A DNA stretch of 63,194 nucleotides, the filler included, from Craspedostauros australis (lineage: Eukaryota), in the NCBI GenBank assembly GCA_030167865.1. It is 12 parts of 12 records of this genome, joined end to end, with 100 filler letters (N's around TTAATTAATTAA, not from the genome) between each part and the next. Parts side by side here need not be neighbours in the genome. Positions count along the whole stretch, not along the records: positions 1 to 10,338 come from JALAGF010006597.1; positions 10,439 to 15,918 come from JALAGF010006599.1; 10 more parts are not named here. The stretch is one strand, 5' to 3'. How positions within the stretch are numbered: the first letter of the stretch is position 1; every line of letters begins with the position of its first letter. The notes beneath the pieces are model-generated. The model did no database searches and was not told where the DNA came from. It worked only from the letters and a program-made list of their open reading frames with translations. Positions 1 to 10,978 of the stretch are shown in pieces. The position numbers and the translations under genes were made by a program.

Positions 1-799
1 GAGTACCAATGTGAAATCCGAACGTGAGTGCCACATGTGACATGAATGGAGGGGTGTGAATGTGAAATGCGATATCCCTCTATTAACCAGCCCTTTTGAA
101 GTGCCGATTTGCATCAACCAGCCTGTTTTTTGTGACTTAAAGTATCAAAACGTCCAAATGTCGATGCGACGTCCTATCGACAGAGAGGTTTCGCATCGAC
201 TTCCAAGGTTAGCGCATAAATGTAGATTACCTGCAACACGCACGAAAAAGACAAACCACATCACATAAATATGACACACTCATCATAGAATGCAAGTAAA
301 TAGTCCATACGAATATGTGACATGCAATGAAGGGAATTAACGCCTACTTTAGTCATAGATATGTGCATCATCCATCCATTTGCTCCGATTCTTTGCGCCA
401 TGGATCATGTTCTGGCCAAACCTTCATAGCATGGCTCCATACATATTCCATCTAAACAAGACCAGCGAATCGAAAGCATTCCAATCGGTATACTACCAGC
501 TTGCGAGTGTCTATAGCCATCTGGAAGGTGTCACAGATCACATGCTGTCATATCACGGCTTACGCCACGGTGACTGTGTACTTCACAAAGAACTTCGACC
601 AAACCTTCATCTGAAAGATCCAATACATCAAAATTTGCAAGCATCATCACAGCAACCGCGCGAAAGTGGGTACAGTGGGTGGATTACAAGGATCATTAAC
701 ATTCTGGAAGGGGTGCCCCTATCCAAATCCATGATTCGAGTGATGCTGTGCGGAACACATCTCGTTGCACAGAACTTCGAACATGCGTGCATAGAAAAT

Positions 800-2120
800 G
801 TCAACCGGAATCCAAACCAACCCGGCGCCCACTTCCAACACACTCCAAAGGATCTGGTCACGAAGTATGAGGTCTCCAATCCATCTGGAAGGGAGTCAAA
901 TCTGAGAATCTAGATATCGAGTGGTGTTGTGGGTGACAGTACTGTGACCTACGCACCATACTGTGCAGTAGATTGCCCATATGTGTCAGGAATCGTGTGT
1001 TCTGAAACACCATATTGCCGCACCTCCCAAGAGTAAGGAGCCGAACGTCGTGATATTCTACATTACCGCAACTCCCACGTTTGATCATTGTGACACAGAA
1101 AAATGTGAGCTGCACGTAACTCGCGGTGGAGAACGCCACGTGCCAAATGCGAACCATACCTTGACGTTCATGACTCCAATGCAGGAATGCGAATCACATA
1201 TGTATGTCGCAGGGGGCAGGGATGTTGGAATCGTGACCAACATCACGACATGAGTAACTACGGCCCCCATGTCGCAACCAATGAGAAAAGAGTACTGGAG
1301 GAAGGCCGATGTCACGAAGTGTGAGATGGCCTGTGAACGAACCTGAGATGAGGAACATCCAGGAAGCCGGTGAAGTGATCGGCGAAGAAACAATCAGAAA
1401 CGACAGGAGAAGCATCGGAGATGATCGGAGATGGTCGGAGATGTGAGATGGTCGAGGAGCTGAATGAGCTCCCAACCAAGGTGTTTCCGTGACGAGTGGG
1501 AGACCGTGATCTGATGGAATGAACCGATCTGTGTGATGCCTACGACTCGGCGATGTCTAAGGCATCGAAACTATCAGCGGAGGACAACGTGCTTGTGTGC
1601 ACGAACATGGGGTACTCGGTGGTGCTTGCATGTCCATGATGAATTTGCGATGAATGCAAGATGGATGCCTGCTAGACCAACAGAGGAACCCATGGTGATC
1701 TCAGAAGGAGATCAGACTTTGAAGTTGAGAGCAATGAAGAGCTCACAGTTCAGAGAAGTAGATTCTAACAAACGATTAGCTTTCTACTATCACACCACCC
1801 CGGATTTCCAACACATATGTGCATATAAAATGTCAATCACAATCAAATCCAACCTGGCGCGCACTTACAACACACCCCAAAGTGTCTGGTCACGAAGTAT
1901 GAGGTCTCCAGTCCATCTGGAAGGTAGTCAAATCTGAGAATCTAGATTTCGAGTGGTGCTGTGGGTGGTAGTACTGTGACCTACACACAATACTGTGCAG
2001 TAGATTGCCCATATGTGCATATAAAATGTCAATCACAATCAAATCGAACCTGGTGGGAACTTACAACACACCCCAAAGTGTCTGGTCACGAAGTATGAGG
2101 TCTCCAATCTGTCAGGAATG
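800..2120 (+). repeat. ~195-bp tandem repeat array, forward orientation, interrupted by 984-1813
   Basis: TCTGGTCACGAAGTATGAGGTCTCCA recurs at ~853, 1885 and 2081; more diverged units lie upstream (CCAAACCTTCAT at ~416 and ~599). Confidence 0.9.
984..1813 (+). mobile_element. LTR retrotransposon 3' fragment: internal piece, PPT and ~591-bp LTR (1223-1813)
   Basis: CATATG is duplicated at 978-983 and 1814-1819 inside a repeat unit. Purine tract AGGGGGCAGGGA (1211-1222) precedes TGTTGGAATC...GATTTCCAACA inverted termini. Confidence 0.75.
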
Positions 2121-2207
2121 TATCCGTGTGGAAGGATCAGTCTAGCCTGATGCCAAGGTCACCGTGCGGCCTCACAAGGCACCGCTCGAAATCTAGATTC
2201 TCAGATA

Positions 2208-5200
2208 TCCGTAAGGAAAATTTTGTGTGGGCGTTTTCGTAAATGTCCTGAGGAGGACATTTATCGCTTCCTGTCGATGTTTTTCCCACAACTGTCCTGA
2301 GGAGGACAGATAAATTATCTGTCCTCCTGAGGACATTTAATTTTGGCGTTTGACTGGCTGGAACACGTATCCACGACACAAATTATGAGTGTCGCGACAA
2401 TTCATCGCGTTGTTGGCTGGCGCCATCTGCTTCGTTCTTTTCTGTGCGCTTGTTCTGGGTGTTAGCGCACCTCCACTTGCATCGCGGTACTTGCTTGTTC
2501 TAGTTTTGTCTCCTGCGTCAACAAAACCATGCTAATGTGTGTCTACTGTCCGACAAGCTTGGCTACGTCTATTTTACAGTCTTTTCTTAGCGGATGCTTT
2601 GCGTTTGTTTTTACCTTGTCTTCCACTGCAACTACGTTCTACCCCATTTGCAATTCTTTCTTTCATTCGAGTTTCCGCCGCATCTCTCCATTATACTGCC
2701 AATGCAGATTTCTAATGTATCTCTCTCTCTCTTTCGAGGTGGCTGTTTTGTTCAGACCTTTTCTTGTTGATTGTTGCAGCTGCTGTATCCGTTCTTTCAT
2801 CTTTGTCTTCGTCATTGCTGCTATCATGCTTGTCTCACTCTATGTTCGTAAACAATTCGGTGGACTCCGTCCTCGCGACTCGGGGAGGATGTCCATCATG
2901 GTCGCTGTGGTATTCCCTGTCACCGCAATCTGAATCTTGTTGGGAGACAGTGATTGCGGAATCGCTGTCACTTCCGTTTCTGTTTCGGTTGCAACTGCCA
3001 CTGCCACTGCCACTGCCATCGTGGTTGTTGTTGCCATCGCAGTGGCTGTTGATGTTGCCATTGCTATTGCCGCTGACAGTGCCATTGCTGGTGTGGTAGT
3101 TTTGGAACATGAGGTCCGCAAGAGACCTCATATCAGCAGAGAGCCTATCTTGGGTGTAGCGCAACTGAGAAGTTTCTTGCTCCACGCTGTCACGATCCTC
3201 CTCCTAGCGGTGGCATGTATCGCGCATTTTCTGTTGCTGATTCAACATGTGCTGGATGAATTGGCTGTTGTTGCTGTTGTTGTTATTGTCATTGCTACTG
3301 TCCCTGTCCTTGCTGCCATTTCTGTTGCCATTGCCATTGCCGCTATTGTGGATGTGTGCGCTTGCCTCCACAGCTGGTACTGAAAGGGGGGAAGCAGACC
3401 AGACCACCATGATTGGATGAAGTCCGGCTTGGGTGGGAGCAGGAGGCATTGCCACATGCAGCCAATCTGCGAGTTTGTTTCGATTTTGTTCAGCCTGTTG
3501 AGGAGGCTTGCAGTGTTCTGCATCTTCTGTTCCATACTCACGCGTGGCTTCTTCTCAGGCTTCGTTGTGGTGGATGACATGCAGAAAGATGAGGCATTCT
3601 CTTCATTTCCTGCTGCCTTCTGTTTGCGCGCGGCTTTGCCAGCCTATTCCTTTGATATTGCAGGGCGCAGGGCGAGCATGTGGGACCTTTGCTTGTTGGT
3701 GATGCTATTGCATCCTTGAATTCTTTGCTCCAAGGTGACACAATCCTTGGCGTAGTCCTTGCGCTCCTGTATCAGGTTGGTGAGCTCATTGAGCCACTGC
3801 TTCATATTCTCCGTCATGCCGCTGCAGCAAGGGGTGCGCTTCAGGAGAGTTTTGGTGAGCTCCAGGAAGTTTTTGAATCGGTTGGCCAATGCAGACTCTT
3901 GTGGCATATTCGGAAACACCGTGGAGTTCTGCTGGTGTAGTTCGTTGCAGATGATTGTCCATGCTGTGCCAATGAGTGGTATCCATGGCTGGTTTGGAAG
4001 CCTGATCATCACATTCATGGGGATTCCGTTGCATGGTTGTGGTATGTGCAGCCAAGGCAAGCAGTCCACCTTTCCCTTCAGTTTGTAGTACATTGGAGGG
4101 AAATGCTATGCGGCCTTGCCAACAGTGGTGGTGGGATCAGGCCATGAAGTGGGCTGATTACTGTTGCTACCAACCATCACAATTTTGAAGACTGAGGTAG
4201 GAGGAGCTGGTGGCTTCTTGCAATGGCATGCCCTCTTATTGTTCGTCTGGTCCGTAGATGGCGGTGTTGTGCAGGGTAAGCCATCAGTGACAGACATGGT
4301 GCGGGATTCGTTGCTGTTGCATTCCGTGTAGGCAACACCTGCGTCCTGAGGAGACTGCACCAACATGAATACATTGGGACACCATGTGATGGTTGGTGGC
4401 TGCTTCACATTGTCGGCATAGGAAGGTGGTTGTATTGTGCAAGTGGATGGTGCGGGAGACTGCGCTGCAGTCCCATCAGGATGGTCACTGTTGTTGTTGA
4501 GGCGAGGGGTGGAGAGATAATCGAAAGGATGGGATGGATCTGTGATGATCGGGAGACGATACGGATGTGTTGTGTGTGTGTGATGATGTGAGATTATTAT
4601 GGAGACTCTGATTGTCTCCGCAGAGACTGTGAACATGGGATTTGCTGCTGCTCCGTCTGTCATCCGACCGTGTACCAACAGGATCAATGATGGAAGAATA
4701 TGGCTTGTTGATTTGGCAAGAAGATGCACAGTGGGGTGGGGTATGGATGAATTGGCTGTTGTAGGTGGGTGTGGATCAGAGGAAAGCAAAAAGGTAGAGT
4801 GGTGTGGATGATGCGGATGATGCAGAGGAAGCATGTGATGCGATGTAATCCCATGACATGGATGTGTTGCGGTGGTTCTCCTTGACGTCGTGGTTTGAAA
4901 TGGAATGCAAATGAGATAGCCCAGCGNNNNNNNNNNNNNNNNNNNNNNNNNNNNNNNNNNNNNNNNNNNNNNNNNNATGGATGTGTTGCGGTGGTTCTCC
5001 TTGACGTCGTGGTTTGAAATGGAATGCAAATGAGATAGCCCAGCGACAAGCATGGAGCAACGAAGACGACAAGAACAATAAAACAACGCAGAATAAAGCA
5101 CCATGATTGGCTAATGTTCGGTTAACGCATGGAGCTGCTAGTTTGCTGGAACTGTGCAAGCTTAGAACATATCAGCTTGGAGCNCACGAACTTAAATCTA

Positions 5201-5798
5201 TTCGGCTTGCGCCAAGGGAGAAGCTCNGATGCCNCCCCTCGAAAGGTGTGGCTATCGGGCTGTGGCTCCCTTGCAGGCTTGCTTGTGAAGGGCTGAGCGG
5301 AGTGCGAGAGTCCTCTATCGCAACAACGAGAAATCAACCAAGCTTTTTAAAAATGGACACACAGTTACATGGCTCCATTGATGAAAGAGGAAACATAACC
5401 AGGACACACAAGTTCTAGAACACAATTAGAGATCCCCCAACACCCGTAAGTGATGCAACTGAAAGCAGATGCTGTAGAATATAATATAATAATATAATAT
5501 AATAGTATAGAATAGTATTCTGGAATAGTATTGAACAGATTGGCATGTGGATGTGCAGATGGCAAAAAAGAACGGAGCAGATGACACCAGCCACAACGCG
5601 ATGAATTGTCCCGACACTCATAATTTGTGTCGTGGATACGTGTTCCAGCCAGTCAAACGCCAAAATTAAATGTCCTCAGGAGGACAGATAAGTTTTCTGT
5701 CTTCCTGAGGACAGTTACGATGCATGTCAAAAATAAATGTCCTCAGGAGGACAGATAACACTAAATGTCCTCCTGAGGACCGAAACTTTCCTTACGGA
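2208..5798. mobile_element. Non-autonomous TIR DNA transposon, ~235-bp imperfect TIRs, TA (or ATAT) TSD
   Basis: Ends TCCGTAAGGAAA / TTTCCTTACGGA; 2315-2440 is a near-perfect inverted copy of 5565-5690. Removing it restores the host unit TCAGATATGGATGCCTTCCAG (consensus TCAGATTTGACTACCTTCCAG). Confidence 0.9.
2835..4093 (-). pseudogene. Degenerate Myb/SANT(trihelix)-like, coiled-coil, Asn/Gly-rich gene inside the TIR element
   Basis: Broken frames 3644-4093 (AWTIICNEL..LANRFKNFLE..WLNELTNLIQER), 3242-3580, 3204-3455 and 2835-3185; no DDE domain visible. Confidence 0.4.
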
Positions 5799-6400
5799 TA
5801 TGGATGCCTTCCAGATGGACTGGAGACCTCATACTTCGTGACCAGACACTTTGGGGTGTGTTGTAAGTGCGCGCCAGGTTGGATTTGATTGTGATTGACA
5901 TTTTATATGCACATATGGGCAATCTACTGTACACTATGGCGCGTAGGCCATCGCACGACCACCCACAGCACCACTCGAAATCTAGATTCTCAGATTTGAC
6001 TACCTTCCAGACGGATCTAAGACCTCATGCTTCGTGACCAGACGCTTTGGGGTGTGTTGTAAGTGGGAGTCGGGTTGGATTTCATGGTGATTGACATTTT
6101 ATATGCACATATGGGCAATCTACTGCACAGTAATGTGCGTAGGCCATCGCACGACCACCCACAACACCACTCGAAATCTAGATTCTCAGATTTGACTACC
6201 TTCCAGATGGACTGGAGACCTCATACTTCGTGACCAGACGCTTTGGGGTGTGTTGTAAGTGGGAGTCGGGTTGAATTTGATTGTGATTGACATTTTATAT
6301 GCACATTTTGACAATCTACTGTACAGTTCGATGCGTAGGTCACAGTACTGTCACCCACAGCACTCGATATCTACAAACTCAGATTTGAATACCTTCCAGA
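5799..6400 (-). repeat. ~195-bp tandem repeat array, reverse orientation, about 3 units
   Basis: CCAGAC(A/G)CTTTGGGGTGTGTTGTAAGT at ~5843, 6038 and 6233; reverse complement of the 800-2120 unit. Confidence 0.92.
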
Positions 6401-6649
6401 AGGATCCTGGTCCTGGTAAGCTGGGAGTGTACCCAGTCGAACGCCCTTGATGCTCTCCAAGTGTTCAAATGCCATCATCTTGGGCCTTCTAATGCATACC
6501 TTGCCAATTCATGGCACACTGTGGACAGCATGAGACACTTTTGGAGCCATGATGATGCAACAGACTACTATACATCAGCATTGCATTGCAGAGTGTTATC
6601 TACAGGGAATGTTATGGCGAACTATGCCATTGTGCTATGATGGGTTAGT

Positions 6650-7094
6650 CTATTCTTCATCCTGCACGCTGCCTCCCAGTTGTTCCATCACTTGGGGCAG
6701 AATCTTATCAACTTGTTTCTTTTTGCTCTTCACAAGGGTGGATGGAATTGGTTTTGGGCAACTGTGAAGGAAGTGACCGAGCTCGCCGCATCCTGGGCAC
6801 AGTCGCACTCCTCCGGCTGTTGATGGATTGTCGCTGTTGGTAGTTTTGCGCTTTCGACCAGACTTCGCGGAAATCACCATGGGTGCCACGTTCTCTGCCA
6901 CCAATTGTCTTCGTTCCACCCTTGCTCGTTGAATGGGCACCATCTTTTTTCCGTGTTGCTCCAACCATGTGGCAGTATGCCATTCCTTGCTGTACCAGCC
7001 AACGTTCTTGTAGTGAAAGACACCTGGTGGTGCATTCCTGGGCTTGGCAGCATCTGTGCGGAACACTGCGAGGATGTGGAGACAGGGTCTCTTG
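6650..7094 (-). pseudogene. MuDR/Mutator-type transposase C-terminus (end of SWIM finger, CCHC knuckle)
   Basis: KRPCLHILAV..GRKRK..LCPGCGELGHFLHSCPKP; truncated upstream by a LINE tail. Confidence 0.7.
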
Positions 7095-10000
7095 TAATAA
7101 TAATAATAACACACTGATTATCCCCTCATCGGAGGGTTGCCTCGAAAGCTTTAACGTCGCCGGCACACAGCGAACCCATACGGGCCGACTGCGCTCGAAC
7201 GACCTACCTAGGCCTCTCACTCCTGGGTCTACCGCTGGTTGCCACTCCACCGGGCCATAAAACGTACCGCACTGGGCATCCGGAATCCTCCGCTATGCTC
7301 TTCACTCTCTTTTTGTAAGGCCGAGGGGCTGCTTGCCTGCTGTCGCGCTTAACGCCACGATCGGACTCGCCGTGCCCTTCCTGCCACTGTTGTTGTCGAA
7401 TCGGACCTCTTCCTTTTCCGTCTAGCGCTGGCCGCCCGTGCCGCCTGCACGTGCTTCACCCACGTCAGCTGATTCGCTGCCGACTGTCGCCTCACCGCCG
7501 CCTCCGTTGTGAGGGTCAACAGCCACGCGTCATCTCCCGTTAGGTTGCCCACTCCCTTCCTCCATTCTTTGCGTACTGCACGCGCCGCCTCCCGCGTCAA
7601 CTTCGCTGCCGCGATCCCGGACTCGCTTTCGTGCAACACCTTGTTTCTCGCTTCCCACGCTTTCCACCGGACTTCCCACAACCCCACTATTGCTCTTGCA
7701 ATCCAGTTCGCCGCTGTCCCTGGCTGTTCGTGGAGCTCCATCATCTGCTCTTGCATTAGTCCCCATTTCTTAGACCACTGGCCCCTCACCATCATATTCC
7801 ATCCTATACTTGCCTGCTCATCGACTGCCTGGCTCAATTGTGGCCCTTGCTCACTCTCCAGCCTCAGCCCATCGCACCATGCTCCAACCTGCCGGACTAG
7901 TCCGTGCACCATCAATCCGCTTCCGCGCCCTGCCAGCATTCCTGTTTCCCACTCTTTCATAGCTGCTGGCATTGCATGACATGATCCGTCGTTTCCTCGC
8001 ATTGCCCGCATATTGGGCACAGACTAGTTATCAACATCTAGATCGAAATTAAGGTACCCATCTCCCATGACTAAAACGTGACTCAATATTTTTTTATTCG
8101 ACTCGATTTGAGAGTATAGTCGGATGAGTCTTGATTACACGGATGATATCCAGTCACTACTGTCATCGATCCTGACGTAGTCACTGACATCATCAATGAC
8201 ATCAGAGGATCAGTCAGTGTGATCCTCGGAATCGAGATTATATCTTAGTCATGGTATGCTGACCTGTCTAGCAAGACCGAGTGCATCATTGAGCACGTGG
8301 CAACAATACTTAGGATCCAGAACAACATCGTCAGGGATGATGCAAGCACCCCGCCGACGTAGACGGATCAACTCTTATGTAATCAAACAGAGATCAAGGC
8401 AGACAAGATCAGACAGAGATGAAGAAAGACCCAAAGGCGAGAATAACACAAGATATCGTGTAGATCGACATGCCATCTTGGGCAATGTTTTAGGAAAGAC
8501 TGTGAGAGAAACCACGAGGTAATCGAGCAGCACGATAGCAACCGTGCAATAGGCACCATCTTTAGAATGATGAGATCATCATCTCATAATCCAAACTCAA
8601 TCATCAATTGATACAACTAATAGCAACAACAACAACACCAAACACACCGACTCCACCTCTTGGCTTGATCACCCTGGCGGCGTAGTAAGTGCAGTGTTTG
8701 GTGCCCTATCCTGTATCGAATTGCTGATTATCACTAGTCGCCCAGAATTTCCATTTGTGCATATTTCTGCCGACGGGCCCGAAGCTGCACGCATGCTTTG
8801 CCACCCACTGCCTGCGCCTTGTCGTGATTCGTCCCATGGCTAATCTCGCCGCCGCAACATCCACTGCTGACATCTGTTCCTTACGGATACGACCCACTTT
8901 GCGTTGCCATCCTGTGGTCCGTTGGCCTTGTACGTAGTTGCGGAGCGTCTCCGTCAAACTCGTGCATACCTTCTTGCCGTCCAACCACACCGACCACTCA
9001 TTGGCTCCCCACTCATTGTCACCGCAATCCGCTTCGCTCGACTGCGCTGCTCCGGCCTGCTTGTCGACTTCATCGTTCCAAAACGCGAACTCATCCTGTG
9101 CAACGCCTCGGTCTCTTTCCAGCTGGTGGCCATATACGTGCTTGTACCGTAGCTGTACTGGTAGTCTGCGTTGTATACCCCGTATCTCCCGGAGGATGTC
9201 GAAGTGCTGAACTGCTGTACTGACATCTTGTGTGTATTGGACTGCGTGGATGCCTGCCATTTTGTTGTCGCACGCCACCACCACTGTTTTACCAGCTGTG
9301 TCATGTCGTTGGCGGTCGCGCTTCATGATGCTCTCGACTCTTCGCAACGCCTGGAGAATCCCTCCGAGCTCTGCACGGTACGCACTCTGCACTTGTTTGC
9401 GACCTTGCACCGCTGCTGCCGCTGCCACCAACCCCTTGCGCCGTCCATGCCTGTTGAGTGAGTACGCCGCCGTGCTTCTTCCGTTTTTGAACGACCCATC
9501 TGTACTCACCACTGCATCCCCTGCGGCCACTGCCTCCAGCCATTGCTTTTCTGCCCTGCTCAGTCGCTTGTCTGACTTTGGCTGACTCCGCTGGACCCTG
9601 CCTCCTGTCCCAACCACGTGTAGCTCCTGACGCATTTCTCGCACAAACACCGCTCGCCCGCCTTCCGGTGGCCCACTCGATGCTCGTTGCGTACGTTGGT
9701 ATCGTTCCATGCCCGGAATCATTCCTTCCCTGCCTCTCCATTCGGTCCACTCCTTCGGCCCATCGCGCGTCCACAGCTTTCTTCCATTCTCGGCCCGTAC
9801 CGCGCTAGCCTGCTCCAGTTCCCATTCCTCACTATGCCTTGCTTTCTTTGCTATACGCGTCATAGCTTGTTTCCACAACGCCCAGTCTTTCCGCGGCAGC
9901 GGTCCCTGTCTCAGCCATTGGATGTGCTCTCTTCCTCTCCACTTGCTTCCTTCTTCCATTGGACTTCTCGCCACTACTCGCCGGCTCCTTGCTTCGACCA

Positions 10001-10338
10001 CATCTGCCACGCTAACCACCTTCATCACTATTCTGCACCTGTTCAATCGGATCCGTTGCTCCCTGCTATATCCTGCTCTCGTTAGCGCCACCATCAACCA
10101 CTCGTCTCTTTCATGGACCAGCCGAGCCGTGTCCGTTTTTTCTTTCAACCTTATATTGCACTCATGCGTTTCTCGCCAGACCGTCTTGATCCAGCAATCT
10201 GTCGCTAGGAATGCCCACTGGTTGAAATCAATCTCGAACGCCGAGCTGCCTACACCCACTTCGGTTTTCATTGCCTGTATGCTGCCTCTTAGCAGCCGGC
10301 CTGTCATGTTGTCCCTGCTTCCGTGCTCCAATACCATC
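7095..10338 (-). mobile_element. Non-LTR retrotransposon 3' half: post-RT region, RNase H, CCHC finger, 3' UTR, (TTA)5 tail
   Basis: ORF 8706-10337 has RNase H motifs (STDGS, SAYRAELGG, ACDN, HVYGHQ, NDEVD). Excising 8029-8733 restores FWATSLCPICGQCEETTDHVMQC, then a frameshift into 7349-8020. (TAA)5 on + at 7095-7109. Confidence 0.9.
8029..8733 (+). mobile_element. Solo LTR (family A, TA..CA termini) with 5-bp TSD CTAGT
   Basis: CTAGT at 8024-8028 and 8734-8738; closely similar inverted copy at 60216-60929 next to a Copia pol and PPT. Confidence 0.93.
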
Positions 10339-10438
10339 NNNNNNNNNNNNNNNNNNNNNNNNNNNNNNNNNNNNNNNNNNNNTTAATTAATTAANNNNNN
10401 NNNNNNNNNNNNNNNNNNNNNNNNNNNNNNNNNNNNNN

Positions 10439-10978
10439 TTCCCAACTAAACCTCAGATGACGATATCATCTGACAGACCGTAACATCACCAATGGAACGT
10501 GACATCTGGAGAGCAGAAGGACGCCTACTGACGTCGACAGGATGTCATCGTGTCACCACGTCGACATCTGTCNNNNNNNNNNNNNNNNNNNNNNNNNNNN
10601 NNNNNNNNNNNNNNNNNNNNNNNNNNNNNNNNNNNNNNNNNNNNNNNNNNNNNNNNNNNNNNNNNNNNNNNNNNNNNNNNNNNNNNNNNGAGTGTCGAAT
10701 GCGGAGTACGCATCGAACACGGAGTATCGTGTAGCACGAGCACACGATGTTGAGAGAGAGAGAGAGAATACAGAGAGGAGCGAGAGAGAATCTCGCGTAC
10801 CGACTCATAGTCGGAGACCGAATCTACGAAACAGATTGAAGCACCGAGAGCATCGGGCAAGAGAACAGGCGTACACCGAGAGGATCGGAGTAGCCAACTA
10901 ATGAAATAGCAAACGAACGACTATCAACCAACACCACCTTCCACGATCGTAGGTTACCGTGAGCGGAACTTGCCAACA
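10439..10978 (+). mobile_element. LTR fragment (family B) inserted into a Copia RNase H
   Basis: Ends GGAACTTGCCAACA; inverted homologue of 26855-27390. Confidence 0.85.

Larger units (their letters stand above)
71..7094 (-). mobile_element. Mutator-like (MULE) foldback element, 3' portion, carrying nested insertions
   Basis: Terminus at ~71 (GATATCCC..AACCAG..AACCAG, 31-bp spacing) resembles the TIR of the TSD-bounded element at 40112. It is followed by ~195-bp repeats homologous to that element's interior and by a SWIM/CCHC transposase 3' end at 6650-7094. Confidence 0.6.

Noticed and set aside
380..913. 177-aa ORF
   Set aside because: Lies over diverged tandem repeat units, TTG start, no protein motif.
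4857..5045. Direct duplication across an N gap
   Set aside because: Overlapping contig ends not merged; the same pattern occurs at 14539/14921, 27655/27736, 38220/38501 and 54813/54888.
5475..5530. AT-rich (TATAA)n tract
   Set aside because: Simple low-complexity microsatellite.
7095..7114. CYYYYYK motif at the start of ORF 6650-7114
   Set aside because: Translation of the LINE (TTA)n tail, not a protein feature.
10339..10438. TTAATTAATTAA flanked by N44, recurring 11 times
   Set aside because: Artificial scaffold linker with stops in all six frames, not biological.
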